From: an uncultured Gemmatimonadaceae bacterium
GTDB lineage: Bacteria; Gemmatimonadota; Gemmatimonadetes; Gemmatimonadales; Gemmatimonadaceae
NCBI GenBank assembly: GCA_963843845.1
Contig: CAWJMB010000002.1
Coordinates: 192,001-256,000, forward strand
Reading direction: 5' to 3'
DNA length: 64,000 bases
Part shown: one piece after another, positions 8,926-17,757 of the stretch
Layout: each line of letters opens with the position of its first letter
Numbering within the stretch: position 1 is the stretch's first letter
The notes under the pieces: generated by a model
Database searches by the model: none
What the model was told of the DNA's origin: nothing
What the model saw: only the letters and a program-made list of their open reading frames with translations
Translations under genes and position numbers: made by a program

Positions 8926-10394
8926 CAGCGCGCGCCTCCCGCACCGGCGGCGGCGTCGTGCCCGCACCGCCCCCGGCAGCCGCACGGCCGCGCCGGTCGC
9001 CGCGCCGCCTGCGCGCGATCGGCCGCGCCGCGCGTGCGGTCGGCGGGGAGCCGCGTCCACGGCGACGCCGTCGGGTCGGCGGTCGGCTGCACCGCTGTCG
9101 CGTCGCGCGGGCCGAGCGCGACGCGGTCGCCCAACGCCGCGCGCCGCTCGACCGCCGCGCCGCGCACCGACGGACGCAGCGGCACGCCGAGTCCGAAGCT
9201 CGACGCGCGCGGGTCGGGGGGGGCTCCGGCGCTGCTCGTCGCGTTCGGCACCCCGGCCTGGGACGAGCTCGCGCCGAGCGCAGCGCCGTGAGGCACGGCC
9301 GCTCCCGCTGGACTCGCGGCCGCTCGCGTCGGCGCCGCGCTCCCGAACGCCGCGCGCGTGCTCGTCGACGCCGCCGCCGCGCGCGACGTCTGCACCGTCG
9401 CGATCGCCGCACGCACGCCGCCCGCTGCGGAGAGCGCGAACCCAGCGGAGGCGAGCCCGCCTAACGCGACACCGCTCTGTGACGGCGGCGTGTTGCGCGG
9501 GTCGAGCCCGACGCGCGCCTCGGCCGACGCCGTCGCGCCGACGTCGGGGCCGATCGATACGCCGACGCCGGCCGACGGCGTGAGCGACGTCGGGAAGTCG
9601 ATCGCCGCGCCGGCGGGGAGTGCGAGCGGGTCGGCGCCGCGCGCGATGCCGCGCCAGGCCGCGGGATCGACGCCGACGCGTGCCGCGAACGCCGCCGCCG
9701 ACTCGCCGTCGAGCGCGACCTGCGACCGGTCCGTCGCACGCGCTGCCCCGGCGGCGCCCACGCTCGCTCCGCCGCCCAGGCCGAGGCTCGCGCTGGCGCC
9801 GAACGAGATGCCGGCGCCGACCCCGATGCTCGCCGACGCGCTGAGTCCGGCCGAGAGTCCGAAGCTGCCGGGTCCCGCGCCGCCGCGGCCGGGCGGCTGT
9901 ACGCCGGCGGCGCGGTTCGCGCCGGGCCCGGTCTCGCCGAGTTGATAGCGCGCGTCCTGCTCCTTGATCACGACGCCGATCTTCGCGCGGAGCGCCGTGC
10001 CGTCGCTCGCGAACAGCGTGAAGTCGATCGTGACGTCCTCGATGACACCGTCGATCTGCAGGTCCTTCCAGTGGAAGCGCACCTTCGGCGGCTTCTGCTT
10101 CGCCGCCCCCTCGCCCGTCGGGAGCACGAACCGCTCGACGGCCGCCGTGCGCTCGCGCACCGACACCGGCGCCTCGGTCGTTCCCTCGTCGGCCGTGTCG
10201 AAGTGCAGGTCGAACGACAGCGTCGTCGACGTCTTGCCGAGGTACTGGCGCGTCTGCTGCGCGCTCGTCTCCTGCGACTCGAGTCGGTTGGCGAGCTGCA
10301 GGCGCAGCGAGGCCGGATTGAACTGCACCGGCACCTCGGGGCCCAGCCCGTCGGGCTTGATCTCGGTGAGCGTCGCCTTCTGCAATCCGGGCAT
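8925..10394 (-). CDS. CIS tube initiator (Afp7-like) with LysM-like domain and low-complexity extension
   Basis: LQKATL..VQFNPASL..LSFDLHFDT..PPKVRFHW..FTLFASDGTALRA; LysM-like GESAAAFAARVGVDPAAWRGIA..DPLALPAG. Confidence 0.85.
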   Translation of the reverse strand: MPGLQKATLTEIKPDGLGPEVPVQFNPASLRLQLANRLESQETSAQQTRQYLGKTSTTLSFDLHFDTADEGTTEAPVSVRERTAAVERFVLPTGEGAAKQKPPKVRFHWKDLQIDGVIEDVTIDFTLFASDGTALRAKIGVVIKEQDARYQLGETGPGANRAAGVQPPGRGGAGPGSFGLSAGLSASASIGVGAGISFGASASLGLGGGASVGAAGAARATDRSQVALDGESAAAFAARVGVDPAAWRGIARGADPLALPAGAAIDFPTSLTPSAGVGVSIGPDVGATASAEARVGLDPRNTPPSQSGVALGGLASAGFALSAAGGVRAAIATVQTSRAAAASTSTRAAFGSAAPTRAAASPAGAAVPHGAALGASSSQAGVPNATSSAGAPPDPRASSFGLGVPLRPSVRGAAVERRAALGDRVALGPRDATAVQPTADPTASPWTRLPADRTRGAADRAQAARRPARPCGCRGRCGHDAAAGAGGAR

Positions 10395-10397
10395 CGT

Positions 10398-11120
10398 CTA
10401 GGTCCGCAGTCGGAGGCCTTCGTGCGCGATCGTCAGCTCCTCGATCGCGATCTCGCCGGTCTTCGCGTTGAGCTGCGGGCCGCTGATGCGCGTCGGCAGC
10501 CCGCGGTCGAACGTCCACGTCGCGACGACCTCGCTGCCGCCGTTCGTGAGCACCTCGATGACGCCGTCGTAGCGCCGCACCGGCCGCACGCCGCCGAGGA
10601 TCCCTTGCAGCCACGCCCACAGCTCGCTGCGCACGGTGCCCGACGACGGGAACAGCATGCCGCGCTTGAGCACGATCGGCTGGTACTTGCCGCGGCCGAC
10701 GAGACGCACCATCCCGTCGTTGCGCCCACCCTCCTCGATCTCCTGCACGTCCATCTCGATCTGGAGCCCGCTGCACTCCTGGAAGCCGCCGTCGCCGAGC
10801 GTCGCGCCGCTGCCGCTCCCGCCGATCGACGCGCCCGCGGAGACCCCCGCCGAGACGCCGGCGCCGAGCGACGCGCTCGCGCTGAACGAGGCGCCCGCGT
10901 CGAACGACGCGCTCCCGCCGAGCGACGCGCCGCCGCCGAACGACGCGCTCGCGCCTAACGACGCACCTGCGCCGAACGACGCACCTGCGCCGAACGACGC
11001 GCTCGCGCCGACGCTCGCGCTCGCCGACGCGCCGACGCCCGCCGACGCGCCGCCGCCCCCCGCGGTCTGCGACAGCGTGACGCGGAAGTTGAAGGTCGAG
11101 GCGAGCGTGTCGGCCGGCAT
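10398..11120 (-). CDS. Tail tube protein gp19-like (second copy) with Gly/Ala/Ser repeat insertion
   Basis: FNFRV..GGFQECSGL..EEGGRN..IVLKRGM..GPQLNAKTGEIAIEELTIAHEGL. Confidence 0.92.
   Translation of the reverse strand: MPADTLASTFNFRVTLSQTAGGGGASAGVGASASASVGASASFGAGASFGAGASLGASASFGGGASLGGSASFDAGASFSASASLGAGVSAGVSAGASIGGSGSGATLGDGGFQECSGLQIEMDVQEIEEGGRNDGMVRLVGRGKYQPIVLKRGMLFPSSGTVRSELWAWLQGILGGVRPVRRYDGVIEVLTNGGSEVVATWTFDRGLPTRISGPQLNAKTGEIAIEELTIAHEGLRLRT
10800..11070 (-). repeat. Imperfect 18-bp coding repeat (GASFGA-type hexapeptides)
   Basis: Repeated gcgccgaacgacgcacct-like units on the + strand; translation GASASFGAGASFGAGASLGASASFGGGASLGG. Confidence 0.85.
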
Positions 11121-11125
11121 CGTCG

Positions 11126-13063
11126 TCAGCCCTGCGCCCGCAGCGTGCCGTCACCCTCGCGCGCGAGCTGCACGACGAGGAACTCGAGCGGCTCCGCCGG
11201 CGCGACGCCGACGTGCGTGACCAGGCGTCCCAGGTCGAGCGACGCCGGCGGGTTCAGCGTGCCGTCGCAGCGCACGAAGAACGCCTCTTCCGGGCGCGAC
11301 CCGGCGAACGCGTTCGCGACGTAGAGCTGGCGCAGGTAGGCCTCGAGCAGGTGCATGACGCTCGAGCGGAGGGGGGCGCCGTTCGGCTCGAAGGCCGTCC
11401 ACTGCATCTGACGGAGGAGTACGCGCCGCACCATCGTCATCAGGCGCCGGACGGAGAGCTGCCGCCACCGCCGGTCGCTCGACAGCGTGCGCGCCGCGGT
11501 GAGCCGCACGCCGTCGCGCTCGAGCAGGAAGACGTTGAGGCCCACCGGGTGCAGCGCGTCGTGCCGCGCCGGCGACACGCGCTCGACGACGTCGAACACG
11601 CCGGCGGCGATCACGTTCGCGGGGCCGTACTGCACGCCGACCGTCAGCGCGCGGAGCGCCGTCACCCCGGCCGCGACGGCGGACGGCGGGACGTCGATCG
11701 CCGCGTCGCGCGCGTCGTCGCTCCGCGCCACGCGCAGCCACGGGTGGTACGCCGCCGCGTACATCGAGTCGAGCGCGCCGCGCCACCGCAGCAGCTGCCG
11801 CTGACTGAGGCCGGGCGGCGCATCGAGCAGCGCGACCCAGCTCTCGAGCGTGTCGGCGAGCGCGATCACCCGCTGCTGCAAGCCGATGATCGTCGCGAGG
11901 TCGAGCGCCGGGTCGAGCCGCAATCCGTCGAGGTCGTCCGCCGGCTCGTGGGGCACGACGGGCGGCGTCTCGACGCACTCGCAGAACGCGGCGCCCGCGC
12001 CGCCGGCGTCGGTCACCTCGTCGCGCGGCACGAGTGGCTTCGGCGAGTACAGGTCGGGCAGTGCGACGAGCGACAGGTCGTCGAGCGCGACGAGGGCGTG
12101 GATGCCGCGCCCCGGCTCGTCGTCGCCGAGGACCCACGCCGCGTCGAAGCAGTCGTCGGGCACGATGTCGCGGTACCGATCGTCGCCCTCGGCGAACGCG
12201 TCGGTCGTCGACGGCGCCAGCGCGAGGTCGATCGCGAGGTCGCGGTCGACCCACGTGCGCCGACTGTCGCTCTCCGGCAGCGTCGGGTCCGCTGCCGGCA
12301 CGAGCAGCGACGACTCCACGGCGAGCACGCGCGCGAGCCAGCGCGGGTGCTGCGGCGAGGTGCCTAACGACTCGTGTCGCTCGCTCCGCCCGTCGCCGTC
12401 GTCGACGTCGAGCACGCCCTCCACGATCTCGGCGGCCGCGACCGGCAGCGCGATCGGGGCGTCGAACGTGGCGTGCAGCTCGCGCACGGCGCGCGTCGCG
12501 TGCCACGTCTCGCGCACCGCGGCGATGCGCACGAACGCGCGGCCGCCGTCGTCGCGCAGCAGGCGCAGCAGCGTGCCCGCGACGAGCGGCATCCCTGACG
12601 GCCCGACGAGCTCGGCCGCCGAGAACCCGGCGACGTCGACGACGAGCGGCCGGGTCGTGTAGGACAGCGTCGCGCGGAGGTGGCTCCCCCACGCTCCCGC
12701 GTTCCGCGCACCGAGCCAGATCGTCGTGTCGCCGGCCGACGACCGCGCGAGCACCCCGGGGAGCGGCGCACGCGCCGCCGCCGCCGTCTCGTGCGTCACG
12801 CGCACGACGTACGCCCGCGCGCCGCCGTTCTCGAAGAACGACGCGACCGCGTACGGCAGCAGCCCCGGCCCCTCGAAGCGCCCGTAGCGCCGCGCGTACT
12901 CGTCCCAGCTCTCGACCGGCACCGCGACGTGCGCCGGCCCGCGCGGCGCGACGCCGACGAACGCGGCGACGTCCATCCGCTCGTTCGTCAGGGCGCGCAC
13001 CGGCTCCGGCGGGAGCCATGCGACCCCCGGGGCGCCCAACGCGAGTCGCAGCGCGGTCGTCAC
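11126..13063 (-). CDS. Tail sheath protein (second, divergent copy)
   Basis: GAPGV..RMDVAAFVGVAPRGP..VESWDEYARRYG..FFENGG; YHPWL; ARTLSSDRRWRQLSVRRL..FEPN..AFFVRCD..GVAPAEPLEF. Confidence 0.93.
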   Translation of the reverse strand: MTTALRLALGAPGVAWLPPEPVRALTNERMDVAAFVGVAPRGPAHVAVPVESWDEYARRYGRFEGPGLLPYAVASFFENGGARAYVVRVTHETAAAARAPLPGVLARSSAGDTTIWLGARNAGAWGSHLRATLSYTTRPLVVDVAGFSAAELVGPSGMPLVAGTLLRLLRDDGGRAFVRIAAVRETWHATRAVRELHATFDAPIALPVAAAEIVEGVLDVDDGDGRSERHESLGTSPQHPRWLARVLAVESSLLVPAADPTLPESDSRRTWVDRDLAIDLALAPSTTDAFAEGDDRYRDIVPDDCFDAAWVLGDDEPGRGIHALVALDDLSLVALPDLYSPKPLVPRDEVTDAGGAGAAFCECVETPPVVPHEPADDLDGLRLDPALDLATIIGLQQRVIALADTLESWVALLDAPPGLSQRQLLRWRGALDSMYAAAYHPWLRVARSDDARDAAIDVPPSAVAAGVTALRALTVGVQYGPANVIAAGVFDVVERVSPARHDALHPVGLNVFLLERDGVRLTAARTLSSDRRWRQLSVRRLMTMVRRVLLRQMQWTAFEPNGAPLRSSVMHLLEAYLRQLYVANAFAGSRPEEAFFVRCDGTLNPPASLDLGRLVTHVGVAPAEPLEFLVVQLAREGDGTLRAQG

Positions 13064-13093
13064 GGCCGGTGCCTGCGCGAGTGCGTGCCGATC

Positions 13094-13555
13094 CTAGCGG
13101 TACTCGATCCCTTCGTGGACGAGCTGCAGCTCTTCCATGGCCACCTCGCCGCCCCCCTTGGCGGCCAGCGTCGGCCCCGTCCACTTCTTCGGCTGCGCGT
13201 TGAGCAGCCGGAACGTCGCGACCGGCTTGCGCGCCTCGTCGAGCATCGTGATCGTGACGTTGCGCCGGTCGAACGTTCCGTCGCGCACACCCTTGACCCA
13301 CTCGAACAGGTCGGTCGACCCGACGAGCCCGCGCTTCAGCGTGACGTCGTCGTTCTTGTGCGTGTTCGCGACCTTGCGAACCGTGTTGGCCCGCTCGTTC
13401 CCGTTCCGATATTCGGCGTAGCTGATGTCGACGCCGAGCCCGCTGACGTCGGAGAATCCGCCGATGACGGTGCCGCTCGCCCCGTCGCCCTGCGCGCCGC
13501 CCAACGCGACGAGGAAGTTGAAGGCGCCGTAGGGGGTGTCTCGAAAAGTCGGCAT
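13094..13555 (-). CDS. Tail tube protein gp19-like
   Basis: PYGAFNFLV..GGFSDVSGL..EYRNGNE..VTLKRG..KWTGPTL..VAMEELQLVHEG. Confidence 0.95.
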   Translation of the reverse strand: MPTFRDTPYGAFNFLVALGGAQGDGASGTVIGGFSDVSGLGVDISYAEYRNGNERANTVRKVANTHKNDDVTLKRGLVGSTDLFEWVKGVRDGTFDRRNVTITMLDEARKPVATFRLLNAQPKKWTGPTLAAKGGGEVAMEELQLVHEGIEYR

Positions 13556-13567
13556 GGTGAGGTCCGG

Positions 13568-15430
13568 TTAGCTCGTCACGGTTGTCTGCGCCGCGTCGCC
13601 CGTCCACTGGCCGATGCGGAAGATCACGAACTCCGCCGGCTTCGTCGGCGCGACGCCGATGAGGCAGATCATGCGGCCGTTGTCGAGGTCGTTCTGCGTC
13701 ATCGTCGTGCGGTCGCAGCGAACGAAGTACGCCTGCTCCGGCTTGTCGCCGAGCAGCGCGCCGTCACGCCACGCGACGAGCAGGAAGTCCTCGACCGCCT
13801 GCTGCACGTTGCGCCACAGCCGGCTGTTGTTCGGCTCGAACACCGCCCACTGCGTCGACTTGTCGATCGAGTGCTCGAGGTAGATGAACAGGCGCCGCAC
13901 GTTCACGTACTTCCACTCGGGGTCGGAGCTCAGCGTGCGCGCGCCCCACACGCGGTTGCCGCGCCCCTCGAAGAAGCGCAGCGCGTTGATCCCTTCCGGA
14001 TTCAGCACGTCCTGCCGCTGCTTGTTGACGTTGCTCTCGAGCCGCGTGAGTCCCCGCACGACCTCGTTCGCCGGCGCCTTGTGCACGCCGCGCTGCACGT
14101 CCTTCCGCGCGTAGATCCCGCACACGAAGCCGCTCGGCGGGAGCAGCAGGCGGCGCGGCGGGGCGCCCTGCGCGGGGCGCTCGAGCGGGTCGAGGATCTC
14201 GACCCACGGGTGGTAGAGCGCGGCGTACTTGCTGTCGAAGTTCCCGCGGAACTCGCGGATCTCCGTCATCGAGCTGTTCACCCGCCCGTCGACGACCGCG
14301 ATGCGGTACTTCAGACGCTCGGCGTGCGCGATGACGCCGCTCGTCGCGACGATCGACAGCGCCTCGTCGTCGTACGCGCCCGCGTCCGGCAGCGCGACGA
14401 TCGCGATGTCCTCGATCTCGCCGAGCGCGTCGAGCCCGGTGGCCTTGACCGTCGCGTCGTCCGGATCGGCGTCGGCGCCCAGCAGATCGTCGGGAGAGGC
14501 GATGACGCCGTCGTGGCCGCCGGCGAGGCGCGGCAAGGTGTTGTTGCGCAGCGCGACGATGAGGTTCGCCGCCGCGTCGTCGCCGAACGCCTCGGCGTCC
14601 CAGTCGAGCCAGACGACGGCGCTCTCGTCCTCGGGATCGTCGCGGTCGAGGATGCGGCCGACGTAGCGCCGCTGCACCGGGTGCAGCCCCAGCTCGGCGT
14701 ACTCGTCGACGCGCTCGCCGTTCACGCGCACGACGACGCGCGCCTCGACGAGCTGGATGACGTCGGTGGCTGCAGGGAGGAACGCGGCGCCGCCGCGCAT
14801 GAACAGCTGGCGTCCGTCCGCGGGATCGATCGCGACTTCGGCCAGCGTGGCGAGCGTCGGCACGTCGTTGCCGACCGGCGCGTCGCCGGCCGCGATGACT
14901 TCGACGACGGCGCCCTGCTTCGCGCGCATCGCCTGCACCGCGCCGCCGAACTGCGCGCTCGCGAACGCGACGTTCTTGCTGCGCACGACGCGCGTCTCGA
15001 CCGAGACGTTGCCGAACTCGCCCGGCCACCGCGCACGCCACGTCGCCGTCGCCGCGCCGACCGCGATCGCCCGCGACGCGACGCCGAGGTCCTCGGCGGG
15101 CGCCACGCCGCGCGGCGCGAACACGCGCGAGATGTAGAGGCGCTGGCCGCCGTTCATGAAGAACGCCCGCGCGGCGTGCGCGACGTACGACAGCCGCTCG
15201 TCGCCGATCGTCGGCGCGTGCAGCGGCTCGAGCCCGCCGTACACGCGCTCGAATTCGGTGAACGACGTGATCAGCCGCGGCTCCGTGGACGACGGCCCGT
15301 CGGCGTACTGCACCGGCCCCGTTCGTGTCATCCCCGCGAAGCCGGTCGTACTCGTCGGCACCCCCTCGATCGACTTCGAGCGGAAGCTGACTTCCTCGAC
15401 GTACACCCCAGGCGCCAGGTACTCGGGCAT
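13568..15430 (-). CDS. Tail sheath protein (Afp2/3-like)
   Basis: MPEYLAPGVYVEEVSF; RGVHKAPANE; VWGARTLSSDPEWKYVNVRRL; KPAEFVIFRI. Confidence 0.97.
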   Translation of the reverse strand: MPEYLAPGVYVEEVSFRSKSIEGVPTSTTGFAGMTRTGPVQYADGPSSTEPRLITSFTEFERVYGGLEPLHAPTIGDERLSYVAHAARAFFMNGGQRLYISRVFAPRGVAPAEDLGVASRAIAVGAATATWRARWPGEFGNVSVETRVVRSKNVAFASAQFGGAVQAMRAKQGAVVEVIAAGDAPVGNDVPTLATLAEVAIDPADGRQLFMRGGAAFLPAATDVIQLVEARVVVRVNGERVDEYAELGLHPVQRRYVGRILDRDDPEDESAVVWLDWDAEAFGDDAAANLIVALRNNTLPRLAGGHDGVIASPDDLLGADADPDDATVKATGLDALGEIEDIAIVALPDAGAYDDEALSIVATSGVIAHAERLKYRIAVVDGRVNSSMTEIREFRGNFDSKYAALYHPWVEILDPLERPAQGAPPRRLLLPPSGFVCGIYARKDVQRGVHKAPANEVVRGLTRLESNVNKQRQDVLNPEGINALRFFEGRGNRVWGARTLSSDPEWKYVNVRRLFIYLEHSIDKSTQWAVFEPNNSRLWRNVQQAVEDFLLVAWRDGALLGDKPEQAYFVRCDRTTMTQNDLDNGRMICLIGVAPTKPAEFVIFRIGQWTGDAAQTTVTS

Positions 15431-15475
15431 CGGTCGCTCCTAGTGGTTGGGCACTGCTTGTCGACGCTCTTGATC

Positions 15476-15501
15476 GTCATCCCGAGCGGGGCGAGGGATC
15501 T
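15476..15501 (+). repeat. REP-like palindromic unit
   Basis: Intergenic GTCATCCCGAGCGGGGCGAGGGATCT with ATCCC/GGGAT stem; single copy in window. Confidence 0.4.
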
Positions 15502-15571
15502 CGTCGTTCGGACGCGAGTCCGGGCCGCGAGGTCGCCGCCGGCGCTCAGGGCGACGGCACCGGGAAGCGCC

Positions 15572-16468
15572 TCACGTGAGATCGAACGCCGGCACGCTCG
15601 CACTCACGATCGCGCCGTAGGTGAACTGCACCGTCTGCGTCGCCACGCCCTCGAACACCGCCGGCACGACGCGCCCTTCGGCGACCGGGTCGACCGCCGA
15701 GCCGGGGCCGCCCAACGTCTCGAGCGGCACGTCCCAGAACGGATCGGCGCGCCGAACGGCGACCGGGGGATCGCCGACCGGCAGGAAGCGACGCCCGTGC
15801 GCCGTCACGCTGAGCGTCAGCGTCTCCGGCAGCTCGACCGCCGGCGCCGGGATCGCGTCGGGCGGCAGGAGCAGCAGGAACTCGCCGTGCGCGTCGCCAT
15901 GGCCCCAGGCGATCGGTGGCCCGCCGAACGGCAGCCGCGCCTCGACGCGCGCCCACCGCGCCGGCACGCGCGCCGCCGCGTTCAGCGGGTCCTGCACGAC
16001 GACGCGCCCGCGGAGCCCCGTGCGCCGCTCCCCCGTGTCGTACGCCGCACCCGGGTACAGCAGCGGCGCGCACGACCGCATCTCGACCGGCAGCAGGTCG
16101 AGCACGCTCACGTCCTCCGGCACTCCCAGCTCCGCGAGCGGCACGCGCAGGCGGCGCGGCACGTAGTGCTCGGCCGCGTCGAGCACGCGCAGGTCGACCG
16201 ACGTGCCGCGCCCCGGCTCGTGGACGAGCGCGTGCCGCCCGCTCGCGTGCGGCGGCACGCGCCGCCACGTGTCGTGGAGCGGCCGGCCGGATCGTGTCAG
16301 GTGATCCAGTCGCCGTGTCTGCTCGGCGGACAGCGGCCCGGCGAGCGGCCGCGGCTCGACGAGCACCGACACCGGCCGCGCGAGCCGCAGCCCGCTCATC
16401 GCGTCGCCGAGCTGCACGCCGAGCGTGAGGCGCGTCGTGCGCGTCACCGAGAGCGGCGGCGCCGTCAC
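15572..16468 (-). CDS. eCIS-associated hypothetical protein (Pvc16-adjacent, carboxypeptidase-regulatory-like segment)
   Basis: 298 aa between DUF4255 and sheath; RHYVPRRL-type, LYPGAAY, GLRGRV and GDAHGEFLL segments. Confidence 0.7.
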   Translation of the reverse strand: MTAPPLSVTRTTRLTLGVQLGDAMSGLRLARPVSVLVEPRPLAGPLSAEQTRRLDHLTRSGRPLHDTWRRVPPHASGRHALVHEPGRGTSVDLRVLDAAEHYVPRRLRVPLAELGVPEDVSVLDLLPVEMRSCAPLLYPGAAYDTGERRTGLRGRVVVQDPLNAAARVPARWARVEARLPFGGPPIAWGHGDAHGEFLLLLPPDAIPAPAVELPETLTLSVTAHGRRFLPVGDPPVAVRRADPFWDVPLETLGGPGSAVDPVAEGRVVPAVFEGVATQTVQFTYGAIVSASVPAFDLT

Positions 16469-16490
16469 GTCGGCCCCGTCGCGTCAGGCG

Positions 16491-16545
16491 TCGGCTCCGC
16501 CATCGGCTCCGCCATCGGCTCCGCCATCGGCTCCGCCACCGGCTC
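16491..16545. repeat. 12-bp tandem repeat (TCGGCTCCGCCA) x4 plus partial
   Basis: Directly visible between two eCIS genes. Confidence 0.95.
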
Positions 16546-17149
16546 AGGCATCCGGCGCACCGTGCGGCACTCGCGGCGCGAAGCCGGAGACGGCCGTCGT
16601 CACGTCGGGCGCGCCGAACGCGCGGTCGGCGTCGATGCGCACCGTGCTCGCGCGGTAGGGCACGCTCAGCTTGAACTCGGTCGGCAGCGAGTCGAACGTG
16701 CGCATGATCCACTCGGTCGGCACGTCCTCGAGCGTCAGCTGCACCGCCTCGTTCGTCGCCCACCCGCCGGCCGGCGTGAGGAGCGGCCCGCTCAGGATCG
16801 GCGTCGCGTCGAGGCACTGCATCGCGCGGCCGAGGATGCGGTGCTCGAGCTCGGGGTCGGACGCCCACGGCGTCAGCATGTAGTGCAGGTCGAGCGGCAG
16901 CCGCGCGACGCCGTCCTGGCTCGCGACGCCGGCCCAGGCGGCGCGCGTCGTCTTGTTCTGCTCGACGCGATACAGGAAGATCGAGAGGCACGGCGGCGTG
17001 AGTCCGCCGCCGTCGCCGAAGTCCTCGGTGCGCGCGAGCGTCGCCACCGTGCGCGAGCCGTCGACCGGCACCGGGTCCTCGAGGAAGCACGCCGACAGCA
17101 GCCGCTCCAGGCTCTTGCCGACCGACGCGATCGCGCGGTAGCCGGCCAT
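16544..17149 (-). CDS. Pvc16/DUF4255 tail terminator-like protein
   Basis: MAGYRAIASVGKSLERLL..LSIFLYRVEQN..LPLDLHYMLTPW..EHRILGRAMQ; ATG overlaps upstream TAA. Confidence 0.92.
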   Translation of the reverse strand: MAGYRAIASVGKSLERLLSACFLEDPVPVDGSRTVATLARTEDFGDGGGLTPPCLSIFLYRVEQNKTTRAAWAGVASQDGVARLPLDLHYMLTPWASDPELEHRILGRAMQCLDATPILSGPLLTPAGGWATNEAVQLTLEDVPTEWIMRTFDSLPTEFKLSVPYRASTVRIDADRAFGAPDVTTAVSGFAPRVPHGAPDA

Positions 17150-17580
17150 TATCGGCCCGCTCCGCGCGAGTCGCTCGCGCCGCTCGACAGGGTCGACAGG
17201 GTCGACAGGCTCGACGTGCTCGACGCGTTCACGGTCGCGTGTCGCGCGCGCACGACCTGTACGAGCGACTCGGGCGACAGGGCGCCCAACGGGATCCGCT
17301 GTGGGCGTAGCTCGTAGAGCGTCGCGTCGCGCCCGTCGGTCGAGATCCCGACCACGCGCAGCGTCGGGTGCGCGTACAGCGCCGCCGCGTACGCGTCCGC
17401 CTGCGGCGACGGCTCGGCGACGATGACGACGTCGGCATCGTCGCACGCACCGCCCGAGGCGCCGCCCTCGGACGCGTTGCGCGCCGCGACCGCCACGTCC
17501 GGCGCCGCACCGAGCACGGTCTCCACGATCTCACGCAACATCCTGGGCATCTCGGCGAGCACGACACGTATGCGTTCCAC
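17149..17580 (-). CDS. Stand-alone receiver-like (pseudo-receiver) protein
   Basis: GTG with GGAGG RBS; IRVVLAEMPRMLREIVETVL..DVVIVA (no Asp at the end of beta-3). Confidence 0.7.
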   Translation of the reverse strand: MERIRVVLAEMPRMLREIVETVLGAAPDVAVAARNASEGGASGGACDDADVVIVAEPSPQADAYAAALYAHPTLRVVGISTDGRDATLYELRPQRIPLGALSPESLVQVVRARHATVNASSTSSLSTLSTLSSGASDSRGAGR

Positions 17581-17757
17581 CCCACGACCTCCCTCGCGGA
17601 GCGCACACGGTGCCGCCGATCGTGCGGGCGGCAAATAGGCCGAACGATCCTAAATCGGTCTACGCGTCGGAGCGCCGGAGGTACACGGCGTGGACCGAAG
17701 GATTCATCGCGCCACGCGCCGTCGCCGGCGGCTGGTTATGCTGACGCCGGCGGCTGG

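Noticed and set aside
1..17149. Prophage or T6SS interpretation
   Set aside because: No head, packaging, integrase or TssJLM/ClpV genes; Pvc16 and gene order fit eCIS
1244..17317. Very long plus-strand ORFs (1144 aa, 1545 aa and others) opposite the eCIS genes
   Set aside because: Antisense shadows of real genes in high-GC DNA; Arg/Ala-rich with no motifs
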